Below are positions 9,759-18,271 of a stretch of 49,035 nt of DNA, in pieces (position 1 is the first letter of the stretch; each line of letters begins with the position of its first letter). Source of the DNA: Coriobacteriia bacterium (GTDB lineage: Bacteria > Actinomycetota > Coriobacteriia > Anaerosomatales > PALSA-660); assembly GCA_023252055.1 (NCBI GenBank), contig JAHEXP010000006.1, forward strand, positions 1-49,035, read 5' to 3'. A program made the position numbers and the translations under genes. The notes below the pieces were generated by a model. The model was not told the DNA's origin and made no database searches. It was given only the letters and a program-made list of their open reading frames with translations.

Positions 9759-11738
9759 TCACACCTCCACGTTGACGATGCCGCGAAGCCAGACCATGCC
9801 CACGACGAGCATCGCGACCGCACCTGCGGCGGCATATCGGCCAACGGGCGCCGAGAGCAGGATCACGAAGTACTCGCGGTCGACGAGCCAGATCGCGGCG
9901 CCCTCCAGGAAGGGCAGTACGCACAGGATGATCGCGGACAACCGCCCCTCGGAGGTGAGCGAGCGCACCTGACGCCTCAGAGCCGTTCTCTCACGGATGG
10001 TCTCGGCTACCAGATCGAGGACTTCCGCCAGGTTCCCGCCCACCTCGCGCTGGATGTTGATCGCTGTCACGGCCCACTTGAAGTCCTCACTTCGGACGCG
10101 ATCAGCCATCTTGGATAGCGCCTCTTCAAGCGAGAGCCCCAGCCGGGCCTCGGTGACGACGCGCTCGAACTCCGGCCCCGCGGGCGCACCGATCTCCTTC
10201 GCCACGATGCCCGCGGCCTGCATGAGACCCCACCCGGCCCGCAACGAACCCGCGAGCAGGTTCAGCACGTCGGGAAGCTGAGACTGGAACGCTTCCGTCC
10301 GTCGCGTGGCACGGTTCTCAAGGAGAAGGACCGGGCCGAGCGAGACGAGGAAGACGACGAAGAGCGTGGCGATCCACTGGTGAGTGAACAGTTGCGTGAG
10401 CAGACCCGCCACCAACACGAGCCCTGCGTGGAGCGCCATATACTCGGCGGGGCGCAGCGGAAGTCCGGCGCGCTCCAGCGCTCCGCGGATCGTCGCGTCG
10501 AAGCCGCCTTTGGAGGCGACCGTCGCCGCCACGGCGAGCAGGCGGCCCCGCGCTCCGTCCGGATCGACATACTCGCGGTCCGTGGGATTCGTGGTTCCTG
10601 CCCTGCTCTGCTCGTAATACTCGAGGTGTTCCAGCGCATTGGCCTTGGGCCTCATCGCGAACAGCACGAATGCCGCAAGCGCGCCGGCCGCCGCGAACAC
10701 CGCGAGTCCGATCAGGAGCGGCCAACCGCCCCAGGGGAGCGCGGCGGCCGCGCTCACGGCCGCGACCGCCTGGTCGGCGTCGGGGTTGCCGATCACGGTC
10801 GCGAGCGTCGCGCGACGATCCCGCCCCGTGACGGTGAGGTCGATCTCAAGGTCGTGCGCGGGCGGCCTCAGGCTCTGGAAGGTCACCTCGTAGGGGCGGG
10901 TGATCTGCTTCGCGATATCGGCGAAGACCTTCGCCAGTCCGCCGCTGTCACCCACCTCGATGAGTGTCCCCGAGCGGGCCAGCGACCGCAACGCCGCTGA
11001 ATCGGCGCCGAGCGACGCGATCGCGACAGCGTACACGTGCGCGTCGGCACCGCTCACCGCCTGTGTTGCCGAACTCAGCGTGTTGCCGCTCGCGCTGTCG
11101 CCGCCGTCGGACAACAACACCACGACCTTCTCGCGGTCAGCCTCACTCCCGAACGACCGCGCTGCGAGAACCACCGCATCGTAGAGCGCCGTGGATCCGC
11201 CCGCCGCAAGGCCGTCGATCGCGGAGTCCAGAGCGCGGGCGTCACTGGTGAACGTGGAGGCCACGCCAGGTGCCCCCGCGAAGTTGATGAGCGCGACCCG
11301 GTCGCTTGCTTCCAGGGACCCAGCGAACGCCTTGGCCGCGGCCTTCGCGTCGGCGATGGGGGTGCCCTCCATACTGCCGCTCGTGTCGATGACGAGAACC
11401 ACATCCAGCGGCCTGCGAGAAGTCGCCAGCGGATGCGCCGTCACCCCGCCCACGACCACGCCGTTCTCGCGGACGGTGAAGTCCTTCGAGGCCAGCGCCG
11501 ACGAAAGCATGTCGACCGGCATCACGAGGTGGAGCGTGACCTGAGGCCACTTCGCCAAGCTGGTCGATTGCAGAGCGATCGTCCCGTCCCCCGCAAGGGC
11601 TCCGTGAGCGGGCGCGACGCCTGCGAACGAGAGCGCTGCGACGAGCACGACGCACGCCGCCACACCTCGCCAGATGCGGGCGTGCGTCCGCACGCGGTCC
11701 GGCGCTCGGAAGAAGGGGTGTTCGCGAGGAAGCAACAT
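9759..11738 (-). CDS. tadB: VWA domain-TadB fusion protein
   Basis: Signal/TM segment, VWA MIDAS motif (DTSGS...GSTALYD...LSDG), then the TadB domain (QLPDVLNLLAGSLRAG, QREVGGNLAEVL, SEGRLSA). Confidence 0.88.
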   Translation of the reverse strand: MLLPREHPFFRAPDRVRTHARIWRGVAACVVLVAALSFAGVAPAHGALAGDGTIALQSTSLAKWPQVTLHLVMPVDMLSSALASKDFTVRENGVVVGGVTAHPLATSRRPLDVVLVIDTSGSMEGTPIADAKAAAKAFAGSLEASDRVALINFAGAPGVASTFTSDARALDSAIDGLAAGGSTALYDAVVLAARSFGSEADREKVVVLLSDGGDSASGNTLSSATQAVSGADAHVYAVAIASLGADSAALRSLARSGTLIEVGDSGGLAKVFADIAKQITRPYEVTFQSLRPPAHDLEIDLTVTGRDRRATLATVIGNPDADQAVAAVSAAAALPWGGWPLLIGLAVFAAAGALAAFVLFAMRPKANALEHLEYYEQSRAGTTNPTDREYVDPDGARGRLLAVAATVASKGGFDATIRGALERAGLPLRPAEYMALHAGLVLVAGLLTQLFTHQWIATLFVVFLVSLGPVLLLENRATRRTEAFQSQLPDVLNLLAGSLRAGWGLMQAAGIVAKEIGAPAGPEFERVVTEARLGLSLEEALSKMADRVRSEDFKWAVTAINIQREVGGNLAEVLDLVAETIRERTALRRQVRSLTSEGRLSAIILCVLPFLEGAAIWLVDREYFVILLSAPVGRYAAAGAVAMLVVGMVWLRGIVNVEV

Positions 11739-11743
11739 GTCGC

Positions 11744-13105
11744 TCAGCTCCGCGCCGGAGCTTCGTAGGCGAACATCTCGCCAGGCAGCTGGATCCCGGC
11801 ATCCTCCAGCCGGTGGGAACACTTCGGCCGTACGCCGGTCGACTTGATGCGCCCGCGAGAGCGGCCGCCCTCGTCCACACCCATTCCGAAATCGAAGGCG
11901 AAGACGTCCTCGAGCACGATCGTGTCCCCTTCCATCCCCTGCACCTCCGACACGTGCGTGATCCTGCGCGTGCCGTCCCTCAGGCGGGAGAGGTGGACCA
12001 TCAAGTCGATCGCGGACGAGGTCTGCTCACGGATCGCGCGCACGGGCAGTTCGAAACCGCTCATGAGCACCATCGTCTCGAGGCGCGCCAGCGCGTCCCG
12101 CGGAGAGTTCGCGTGGATCGTGGAGAGCGAGCCGTCGTGGCCCGTGTTCATCGCCTGCAGCATGTCCAGCGCCTCGGAACCGCGGACCTCACCGACGATG
12201 ATGCGGTCGGGGCGCATGCGCAGAGAGTTGCGGACGAGGTCGCGGATGGTGATCTCGCCTTTGCCCTCGATGTTGGACGGGCGCGACTCGAGCCGCAGCA
12301 CATGGTCCTGGTTCAACTGCAATTCGGCGGCGTCCTCGATCGTGACGACGCGCTCGTCTGAGGGCACGAAGCCGGAGACTACGTTGAGCAGCGTGGTCTT
12401 GCCCGAACCCGTGCCGCCGGAGATCAGGATGTTCAGGCGCCCGCGTACCGCCGCGTCGAGAAGCATCGCGACCTTCTCATCCAGCGTTCCGAACGAGATC
12501 AGGTCGTTGACGGTCAACGGGTCCTTGCTGAACTTGCGGATCGTGAGCATCGGACCGTTGATCGCGAGCGGGTGCACGATGGCGTTGACGCGTGACCCGT
12601 CTGGCAGACGCGCATCGACCATCGGAACGGACTCGTCCACGCGCCGGCCGACCTGGCCGACGATCTTGTCGATGATGCGACGCAGGTGCGCCTCGTCCAG
12701 GAACGAGCGGTCGGCGGGGTAGATGCGGCCGCCACGCTCGACGTAGATCGTCTCAGGGTTGTTCACCATGATCTCGGTGACTTCCGGGTCGTGCAGGAAG
12801 ACCTCGATCGGGCCGTAGCCGACGATGTTGTCGATAACGTCGGTGACGATCTCCTGGCGATCGGCGGCCGACAGCGGCGTGGACTCGTCGGCGAGCAGCG
12901 TGCGAAGCCGCAATTCGATCTCGCGGCGCATGGCCTTCTCGTCACCATCGAGCAGTGACAACTGCGGGCCGATCGTCTCGACCAGCACGTAGTGCATGCG
13001 GCGCTTGATCTCGCTCGTGTCGCGGTCAGCGGGCGGCAGCTGAGCGCCCGGGGCCTGGCCCGCCACAGTGGCGGAGCTCGCGGCCAATCTCTCTCGAAGC
13101 GACAT
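11744..13105 (-). CDS. tadA: Tad pilus assembly ATPase TadA/CpaF
   Basis: DARLPDGSRVNA, Walker A GGTGSGKTT, TIEDAAEL, LRMRPDRIIVGEVRG and MNTGHDGS motifs. Confidence 0.95.
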   Translation of the reverse strand: MSLRERLAASSATVAGQAPGAQLPPADRDTSEIKRRMHYVLVETIGPQLSLLDGDEKAMRREIELRLRTLLADESTPLSAADRQEIVTDVIDNIVGYGPIEVFLHDPEVTEIMVNNPETIYVERGGRIYPADRSFLDEAHLRRIIDKIVGQVGRRVDESVPMVDARLPDGSRVNAIVHPLAINGPMLTIRKFSKDPLTVNDLISFGTLDEKVAMLLDAAVRGRLNILISGGTGSGKTTLLNVVSGFVPSDERVVTIEDAAELQLNQDHVLRLESRPSNIEGKGEITIRDLVRNSLRMRPDRIIVGEVRGSEALDMLQAMNTGHDGSLSTIHANSPRDALARLETMVLMSGFELPVRAIREQTSSAIDLMVHLSRLRDGTRRITHVSEVQGMEGDTIVLEDVFAFDFGMGVDEGGRSRGRIKSTGVRPKCSHRLEDAGIQLPGEMFAYEAPARS

Positions 13106-13131
13106 GGCGGACGACCCCCTTGAGCGATCGG

Positions 13132-14283
13132 CTACGCGGAAGCGACTTCGCGAACGAGACCGACGATGGCGCGCGCCACGCCGGAGCGCGGCGCGTCGAG
13201 CACGACGGGCACGCCTCGGTTGACGGACCGGGGCACGATGCGATCGGACGGGATGCGAGCCACGAGTCGGTCGGCCATGGCCTTCTCGATCTCGTGAGGC
13301 TCGAGCCACACCTTGCTGTCAGCACGGTTGAGCACGAGCCGCACCGAGCCGTCCAGCCCGAGTTGGTGGAGCTTCGCGAGCGAGACCTTTGTGTTCTTCA
13401 CACTCGGGATGTCGAGCGTGGCGACTGCGAGAACGACGTCGCTGTGCTCGAGCGCCGTGAGCACCACATCGGAGAGCGATGCCGGCGTGTCGATGACGAC
13501 GTAGTCGGCCATCGTCTTGAGCATCGTGATGATCTGCGCGACGCGGTTCATCGTCACCGACTCCGCCTCCTCGGGGCGCACCGGCGCGAGAAGCGCGGAG
13601 AGCCCCGACGAGTGCTTGACCAGGAAGCCGGCGAGCATCTGTGGATCGAGGCGGTCGAACGCCTGAGCGGCGTCGTAGATGGTGCGTTCCGGGGGAAGTT
13701 GCAGCATCACCGAGACGTCGCCGAACTCGAGATCGAGATCGAGCAGGACCGTCTTCTTGCCGAGGTCGTGCGCGAGGGCGGCGGCGATGTTGGTGGACAG
13801 CACGCTCTTGCCCACGCCCCCCTTCGTGGAGAAGACGGTGATGACCGTCGCCGAATGTGGCGGCTCCGCGGGCGTCTCTACACGATTCCCCTGCGGCTCC
13901 CGCCTCCGCGAGATCGCAGCGGAGGCCGCGATGACAGACTCCGCCATGGTCGCGACTCCGTCGGCAGGCATGAACACGTCGCGGACGCCCGCTTTGAGCG
14001 CAGCCCGCAGCAGCGCCGCATCCGGATCCTCCGCCACGAGCACGACCACCGTGTCCGAATCGCGACGCTGCATCAGCGTCGCAAGGGCGACGCCCTCCAC
14101 GGGTTCGATGGGCGGGCACACGACGACCACGGTCGGGCTGGAGGCGTCGATCGTGTCGCGGGCGTCCTCCAGCGACTCGGCCATCTGGATCTGAAGGGAT
14201 GGGTCCAGGCCCAGCTCCGCAGCCAGCTGCTGTCCGGTGTCGCCCTCCGACCCGGCGATGATGACGAGTGGCACGCCCACCAC
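13132..14283 (-). CDS. cpaE: TadZ/CpaE: receiver-like domain plus MinD-type ATPase
   Basis: Deviant Walker A STKGGVGKS, LLDLDLEFGD and VVIDTP; N-terminal REC-like region (ALLRAALKAGVRDVF). Confidence 0.88.
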   Translation of the reverse strand: MVGVPLVIIAGSEGDTGQQLAAELGLDPSLQIQMAESLEDARDTIDASSPTVVVVCPPIEPVEGVALATLMQRRDSDTVVVLVAEDPDAALLRAALKAGVRDVFMPADGVATMAESVIAASAAISRRREPQGNRVETPAEPPHSATVITVFSTKGGVGKSVLSTNIAAALAHDLGKKTVLLDLDLEFGDVSVMLQLPPERTIYDAAQAFDRLDPQMLAGFLVKHSSGLSALLAPVRPEEAESVTMNRVAQIITMLKTMADYVVIDTPASLSDVVLTALEHSDVVLAVATLDIPSVKNTKVSLAKLHQLGLDGSVRLVLNRADSKVWLEPHEIEKAMADRLVARIPSDRIVPRSVNRGVPVVLDAPRSGVARAIVGLVREVASA

Positions 14284-15027
14284 CTACTTCATCACCGTGG
14301 CGGCGGTCTGTCCCGAGCCGGGCTGTGCGGACGAGGCCGTCGTGGACAGCAGCGCGAGCCACACGCCACCCGTCTCAGCCACGAACACGAGCTTCTCGGC
14401 GTCCGCGGGTGAGACCGCGAGCGTCACCGTCTCCTGGCCGGAAGTCTGGGCGGAAGTCCCGATCCCGGCCGATGATCCCTCTTCTGCGGCGCCTGCCCCG
14501 GTGTTGCGGTCGACGGCGAGCACACGCACGCCGCCGAGCACGATCCTGGTGCGCTCGTCGCCGGCCGACTTTCCCGGCAGGGTACCGAGCACGGCAACGC
14601 GATCGCCGGCCTTCAGCAGCTGCGCCAGGCCGCGGGACTCGTTGACCGGCACGGTCACAGCAACGAAGTCCTTGGGGACGGCGAAGGCGAGGCCCGCATC
14701 ACTCGGGTACTGGAAGCGCGCCGACGTGATCAATTCACCTTTGGTCACCGGCACCGCGAGCACCATGTCCGTCAGCGCCCGAAGTGACGAGACCGCGCCC
14801 TTCGGCACATAGCGCTGCGGGACCTTCATCATCTCGACCAGGCCGGACGACAACAAGGTATTGGCGTCAGCACCGCGTGGGACATCTTGCGTCGCGACCA
14901 GGACATCGGTCATGACGCTACCGGCTTCCGCCTGCAACTGCACGCCCGCGAGGTACCTGTACGTACCGAAAGCGGCGATGCCCCCGAGCACCACCGCTAT
15001 GACGACCAGCACCACCTTGGACTTCAT
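14284..15027 (-). CDS. cpaB: Flp pilus assembly protein CpaB/RcpC
   Basis: N-terminal TM, SAF domain (VLVATQDVPRG), LKAGDRV, VRVLAVD and VTLAVSPADAEKL. Confidence 0.88.
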   Translation of the reverse strand: MKSKVVLVVIAVVLGGIAAFGTYRYLAGVQLQAEAGSVMTDVLVATQDVPRGADANTLLSSGLVEMMKVPQRYVPKGAVSSLRALTDMVLAVPVTKGELITSARFQYPSDAGLAFAVPKDFVAVTVPVNESRGLAQLLKAGDRVAVLGTLPGKSAGDERTRIVLGGVRVLAVDRNTGAGAAEEGSSAGIGTSAQTSGQETVTLAVSPADAEKLVFVAETGGVWLALLSTTASSAQPGSGQTAATVMK

Positions 15028-15073
15028 CCGGCCCCCCTCTCGTGCTCTCCTCATTCAACGCCCCCGGCGGAAC

Positions 15074-15106
15074 CGGCGGGGCGCCCGGAAGACGGACGCC
15101 CCGCCG
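15074..15106 (-). terminator. Stem-loop after the flp pilin genes (partial terminator or mRNA stabiliser)
   Basis: Minus strand CGGCGGGGCGUCCG-UCUUC-CGGGCGCCCCGCCG; the single mismatch becomes a G:U pair only on the transcribed strand. Confidence 0.6.
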
Positions 15107-15124
15107 CGGTCCGCACCCGGAATG

Positions 15125-15298
15125 CTAGGGCAGCATGCCGGCGACTTTGGTGAGCGTGGCGGCGAGGTTCTGTCCGAGCGCCCCGACCGCGCCGATGATC
15201 GCCACGGCGATGAGCGCCACGAGGATCCCGTACTCGACGGCGGTCGCGCCCTCGTCGCCCCGCGACGCCGGACGCAAACGCATCCAGACCTTGGACAT
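15125..15298 (-). CDS. flp: Flp family type IVb pilin (copy 2)
   Basis: MSKVWMRLRPASRGDEG|ATAVEYGILVALIAVAIIGAV; AGGAGG RBS. Confidence 0.92.
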   Translation of the reverse strand: MSKVWMRLRPASRGDEGATAVEYGILVALIAVAIIGAVGALGQNLAATLTKVAGMLP

Positions 15299-15330
15299 CG
15301 GACCCCTCCTTGCTCGCCCGCACCACGCCG

Positions 15331-15510
15331 TTACTTCAGAGGCGCGCTGTTTGCGACAGTGTTGAACAGATTGGAGAGGTTCCCGCCAAGCAGTGTCACG
15401 GCACCAATGATCGCGACGGCGATGAGAGCGACCATGATCCCGTACTCGACGGCGGTCGCGCCCTCGTCGCTGGCACTCCACATGTGGAGCTGAGTCATCA
15501 GACGAAGCAT
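15331..15510 (-). CDS. flp: Flp family type IVb pilin (copy 1)
   Basis: MLRLMTQLHMWSASDEG|ATAVEYGIMVALIAVAIIGAV; GGAGG RBS. Confidence 0.92.
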   Translation of the reverse strand: MLRLMTQLHMWSASDEGATAVEYGIMVALIAVAIIGAVTLLGGNLSNLFNTVANSAPLK

Positions 15511-15675
15511 TCGATTCACCCCCCTCCGGGGTTCCCCCGTGGCGCGCCGCCCCCCAAGAGCGTTCGCGGCGACACCGTCCTCCCGTGCGGTCGAAGCTCG
15601 CAAGTCCCCGTTTGTGGATCCAACGGTACACGCCCTCGCATGCACCTGTGGGCTGACGCCGGGACGATTCTCGGC

Positions 15676-15693
15676 CTCATCCTCTGGTATGAC
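15676..15693. promoter_or_regulatory. Putative response-regulator operator upstream of the flp-cpaB-tadZABC unit
   Basis: CTCATCCTCTGGTATGAC, an imperfect TCAT-N8-ATGA palindrome; 17/18 identical to 17523-17540. Confidence 0.6.
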
Positions 15694-15724
15694 GACCGGC
15701 CTTTGGCTGGCCTGACACGCGGAT

Positions 15725-16924
15725 CTAGTCGACCAGGACGGAGCGACGCAGCTCGATCTTGCCGATCTTGAGGAGGAGGTCACGCAGCTGCGCGGGATCG
15801 CTGGTTTGCAGCGCCACGCCGCCGAGGTTCTTCCCGTCCGATCCGTTGTTGTAGACCTGCACCAGGTCCTGGTTGAACTTGAAGTCCGCGCCGGCCGTGC
15901 CGTACTGGCCCCCGGTGGGCTCGTTGGTGAGCGTGACGCTGTCGATCCGGATGCCCGCGGCCCCCGCGCGCCGCGCGGCGTCGTTGGTGAGACTGCGGTG
16001 CGAGGACGGGTTCGGCATGCCGTCGCTGACGAACACGATCACCTTGTCCGACCCGCTGGACCCTGATGCCGAGAGCTGGCTGACCGCCCAGTCGATACCC
16101 GATTCGGGATAGGTGTTGCCCCCCGCGAAGTCCTTCCCGGCGATCTGGTATGCCGTGGTTACCGCCGCAGGGAGCACTGCTGGGTTGGCGTAGTTGAGCG
16201 CCGTGAGAGAGAGTCGGAGTTGCTTCACGGCACCGTGGTGCGAATCCGTGTCGCCGACTGCATTCACCTTGCGCGGGTCGCCGAGCGCCCGGTTGTCCCC
16301 AAGGTAGGTGGTGCTCTTCAGGCCCTCGCTGAAGGCCACGAAACCGACCTTGTCGCCTTGGATGGAGACCTGGTTGATAAGGCTCATGAGCGCCTGATCT
16401 GCGCTTGTGGCCTGCGCCCACTCCTCGATGAAGGAGCCGGAGGCGTCCTGGACGACGATGACCTCCAACGGCCTCCTGTTCGAGGTGATGTTGGCTTGGG
16501 CGACCGCTCGCGCGACCGCCGTGACGGATCGCACTCCGAACACCCGGGCGAAGAATGTCGGCACCTGAAGGCTGACGGTCACCGTCGCCTTCCCCGGATC
16601 GCTCGCCCCACCGTCTTCGAAGTCGGTCGTCGCCTCGGGGAGGTTGCGCGTCACGTAGTCCCCGGCGGCGACCCGCGCGCCGGGCATGTCGTCGGGGAGT
16701 CGAGAGGCAGCGGCGAGCGCGGCGGCGTCGGCCGCGGTCTGTGTCTGCGCGCGTCTCACCAGGTAGTAGCCGACGTCGACGGCGAGTGCCGCGATCCCGA
16801 GCAGAACCACGAGCGTGAGGGCGACGGTGACGGCCACGGCACCCGAGTCGGTGGACCCCCACGGGCTTCCCGCCGTAAGTCTGCACTCACGCGTCTCACG
16901 CGGGGCATCAACCGGTCTCTTCAT
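15725..16924 (-). CDS. tadG: TadG-like pseudopilin with C-terminal VWA domain
   Basis: SGAVAVTVALTLVVLLGIAALAVDVG...QTAADAAALAAA Tad motif; VWA MIDAS QDASGS...GNT...FVSDG. Confidence 0.85.
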   Translation of the reverse strand: MKRPVDAPRETRECRLTAGSPWGSTDSGAVAVTVALTLVVLLGIAALAVDVGYYLVRRAQTQTAADAAALAAASRLPDDMPGARVAAGDYVTRNLPEATTDFEDGGASDPGKATVTVSLQVPTFFARVFGVRSVTAVARAVAQANITSNRRPLEVIVVQDASGSFIEEWAQATSADQALMSLINQVSIQGDKVGFVAFSEGLKSTTYLGDNRALGDPRKVNAVGDTDSHHGAVKQLRLSLTALNYANPAVLPAAVTTAYQIAGKDFAGGNTYPESGIDWAVSQLSASGSSGSDKVIVFVSDGMPNPSSHRSLTNDAARRAGAAGIRIDSVTLTNEPTGGQYGTAGADFKFNQDLVQVYNNGSDGKNLGGVALQTSDPAQLRDLLLKIGKIELRRSVLVD

Positions 16925-16991
16925 CGCGATTCCCCCTGACTGGCGCATCGACAACGTGCCCCCCGCGGGGGCGCGCACGGTGACGGCGCAG

Positions 16992-17381
16992 TTACTCCAT
17001 CTTCATCTCGGCTGCCGCCGTGATCGCATCCGGCAGCACGAACATCGGCAACGGGATCAGTGCGGTTCGCGGGTATGACACCGTCACCCTGGCGGAATCC
17101 GTCGACTTCACGATGGTCACCGTCAGGGAGGCCGGGATCAGCCCGGGGGAAGCGTTGATGGTGCGCTGACGGACCTCGGCGTCGTTCTTGCCGATCGACG
17201 CCGCACGAGCGCCCTCGCGCGCGGCGGTGACGACCTCGTTGTACTCGAAGAAGGTGTAGCTGAACTGGATGATGCCGAATAGCAGGGCGACGAGCAGCGA
17301 TGCGACGAGTGCGAACTCGACCGCCGCGGCTCCGGCGTCGCCACCGTGCCGGCCCCCATCCAACATAGAGCGACGAAGCAT
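16992..17381 (-). CDS. tadE: TadE-like pseudopilin
   Basis: GAAAVEFALV..LLFGIIQF...AAREGARAAS motif. Confidence 0.9.
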   Translation of the reverse strand: MLRRSMLDGGRHGGDAGAAAVEFALVASLLVALLFGIIQFSYTFFEYNEVVTAAREGARAASIGKNDAEVRQRTINASPGLIPASLTVTIVKSTDSARVTVSYPRTALIPLPMFVLPDAITAAAEMKME

Positions 17382-17522
17382 CCTGCTCACCCTCCAGGCG
17401 GTACAGCTCGCGCCGCCACCCCCGTGCCGGCGCGCTGCGAAACGCTTCGCGTGCCCTTGTATGATTCTCCCTTGGCGCGCGCTTCGCGACCGCCTCGCGG
17501 TTGATTCAGGGGGTGAATACGG

Positions 17523-17540
17523 CTCATCCCCTGGTATGAC
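17523..17540. promoter_or_regulatory. Putative response-regulator operator upstream of tadE-tadG
   Basis: CTCATCCCCTGGTATGAC; adjacent to a second palindrome, ATTCA-N5-TGAAT, at 17504-17518. Confidence 0.6.
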
Positions 17541-17608
17541 TCACACGCGCGGGGGCGCGTATCCGGAGGCCGACGGTCGATGTGTCCCCCGGCGCGGGAC
17601 GTGCGCGG

Positions 17609-18271
17609 CTACCCCTCGCGAGACGGAGCCGACACCAGCCCCTTGGCCATGGCGTGGATGATCGCCTGCGTGCGGTCGGGCTGACCGAGTTTGGCCAGGA
17701 CGTGACTGACGTGCGTCTTCACGGTGGGATCGCTGATCCACAGCCTCGCCGCGATCTCGCGGTTCGTCAGTCCTTGAGCCATGAGCTCCAGAACCTCGTG
17801 CTCCCGCGGGGACAACGTGCCGCGGGGAGTCTCCACGGCGTGGCGCGGACCATCGAGCACCCGCTGGGCCACACCTCCATCCAGAACCGTCTGCCCGCTC
17901 GCAACGCCGCGTATTGCCGCGACCAGCGCCTCGGGCGCGACGTCTTTCATCATGTAGCTGGCCGCCCCTGCGGACAGGGCCCCGAAGACGTCCTCGTCGT
18001 CCGAAAAACTCGAGAGCACCACGATCCGCAGGTCCGGCGCGGTCCCGCTGAGGTGCCGACACACCTCAACGCCGCTCATATCCGGCATGCGCATATCGAG
18101 CACGAGCACGTCCGGCGCCAGCGACTCCGCCAGTTCGATCGCCTCGACGCCCCCGGCCGCCTCACCGACGACGTCGATCCCCGCCTCCTCGAGCACGGCC
18201 CGCAGCGCGACGCGCACCAGTTCGTGATCGTCCGCCAGGAGCACCCGCATGGCCTGCCCGTCTGTCAGCAC
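17609..18271 (-). CDS. NarL/LuxR-family DNA-binding response regulator
   Basis: REC domain (LADDH, VLDMRMP, YMMKD) plus LuxR HTH (LSPREHEVL..GLTNREIA..TVKTHVSHVLAKLG). Confidence 0.93.
   Translation of the reverse strand: MLTDGQAMRVLLADDHELVRVALRAVLEEAGIDVVGEAAGGVEAIELAESLAPDVLVLDMRMPDMSGVEVCRHLSGTAPDLRIVVLSSFSDDEDVFGALSAGAASYMMKDVAPEALVAAIRGVASGQTVLDGGVAQRVLDGPRHAVETPRGTLSPREHEVLELMAQGLTNREIAARLWISDPTVKTHVSHVLAKLGQPDRTQAIIHAMAKGLVSAPSREG

Noticed and set aside
15125-15510. Repeated ~35-bp DNA as a CRISPR or DGR-type repeat
   Set aside because: It is the shared coding core of two flp paralogues; only two copies, and no cas or reverse transcriptase gene is present.
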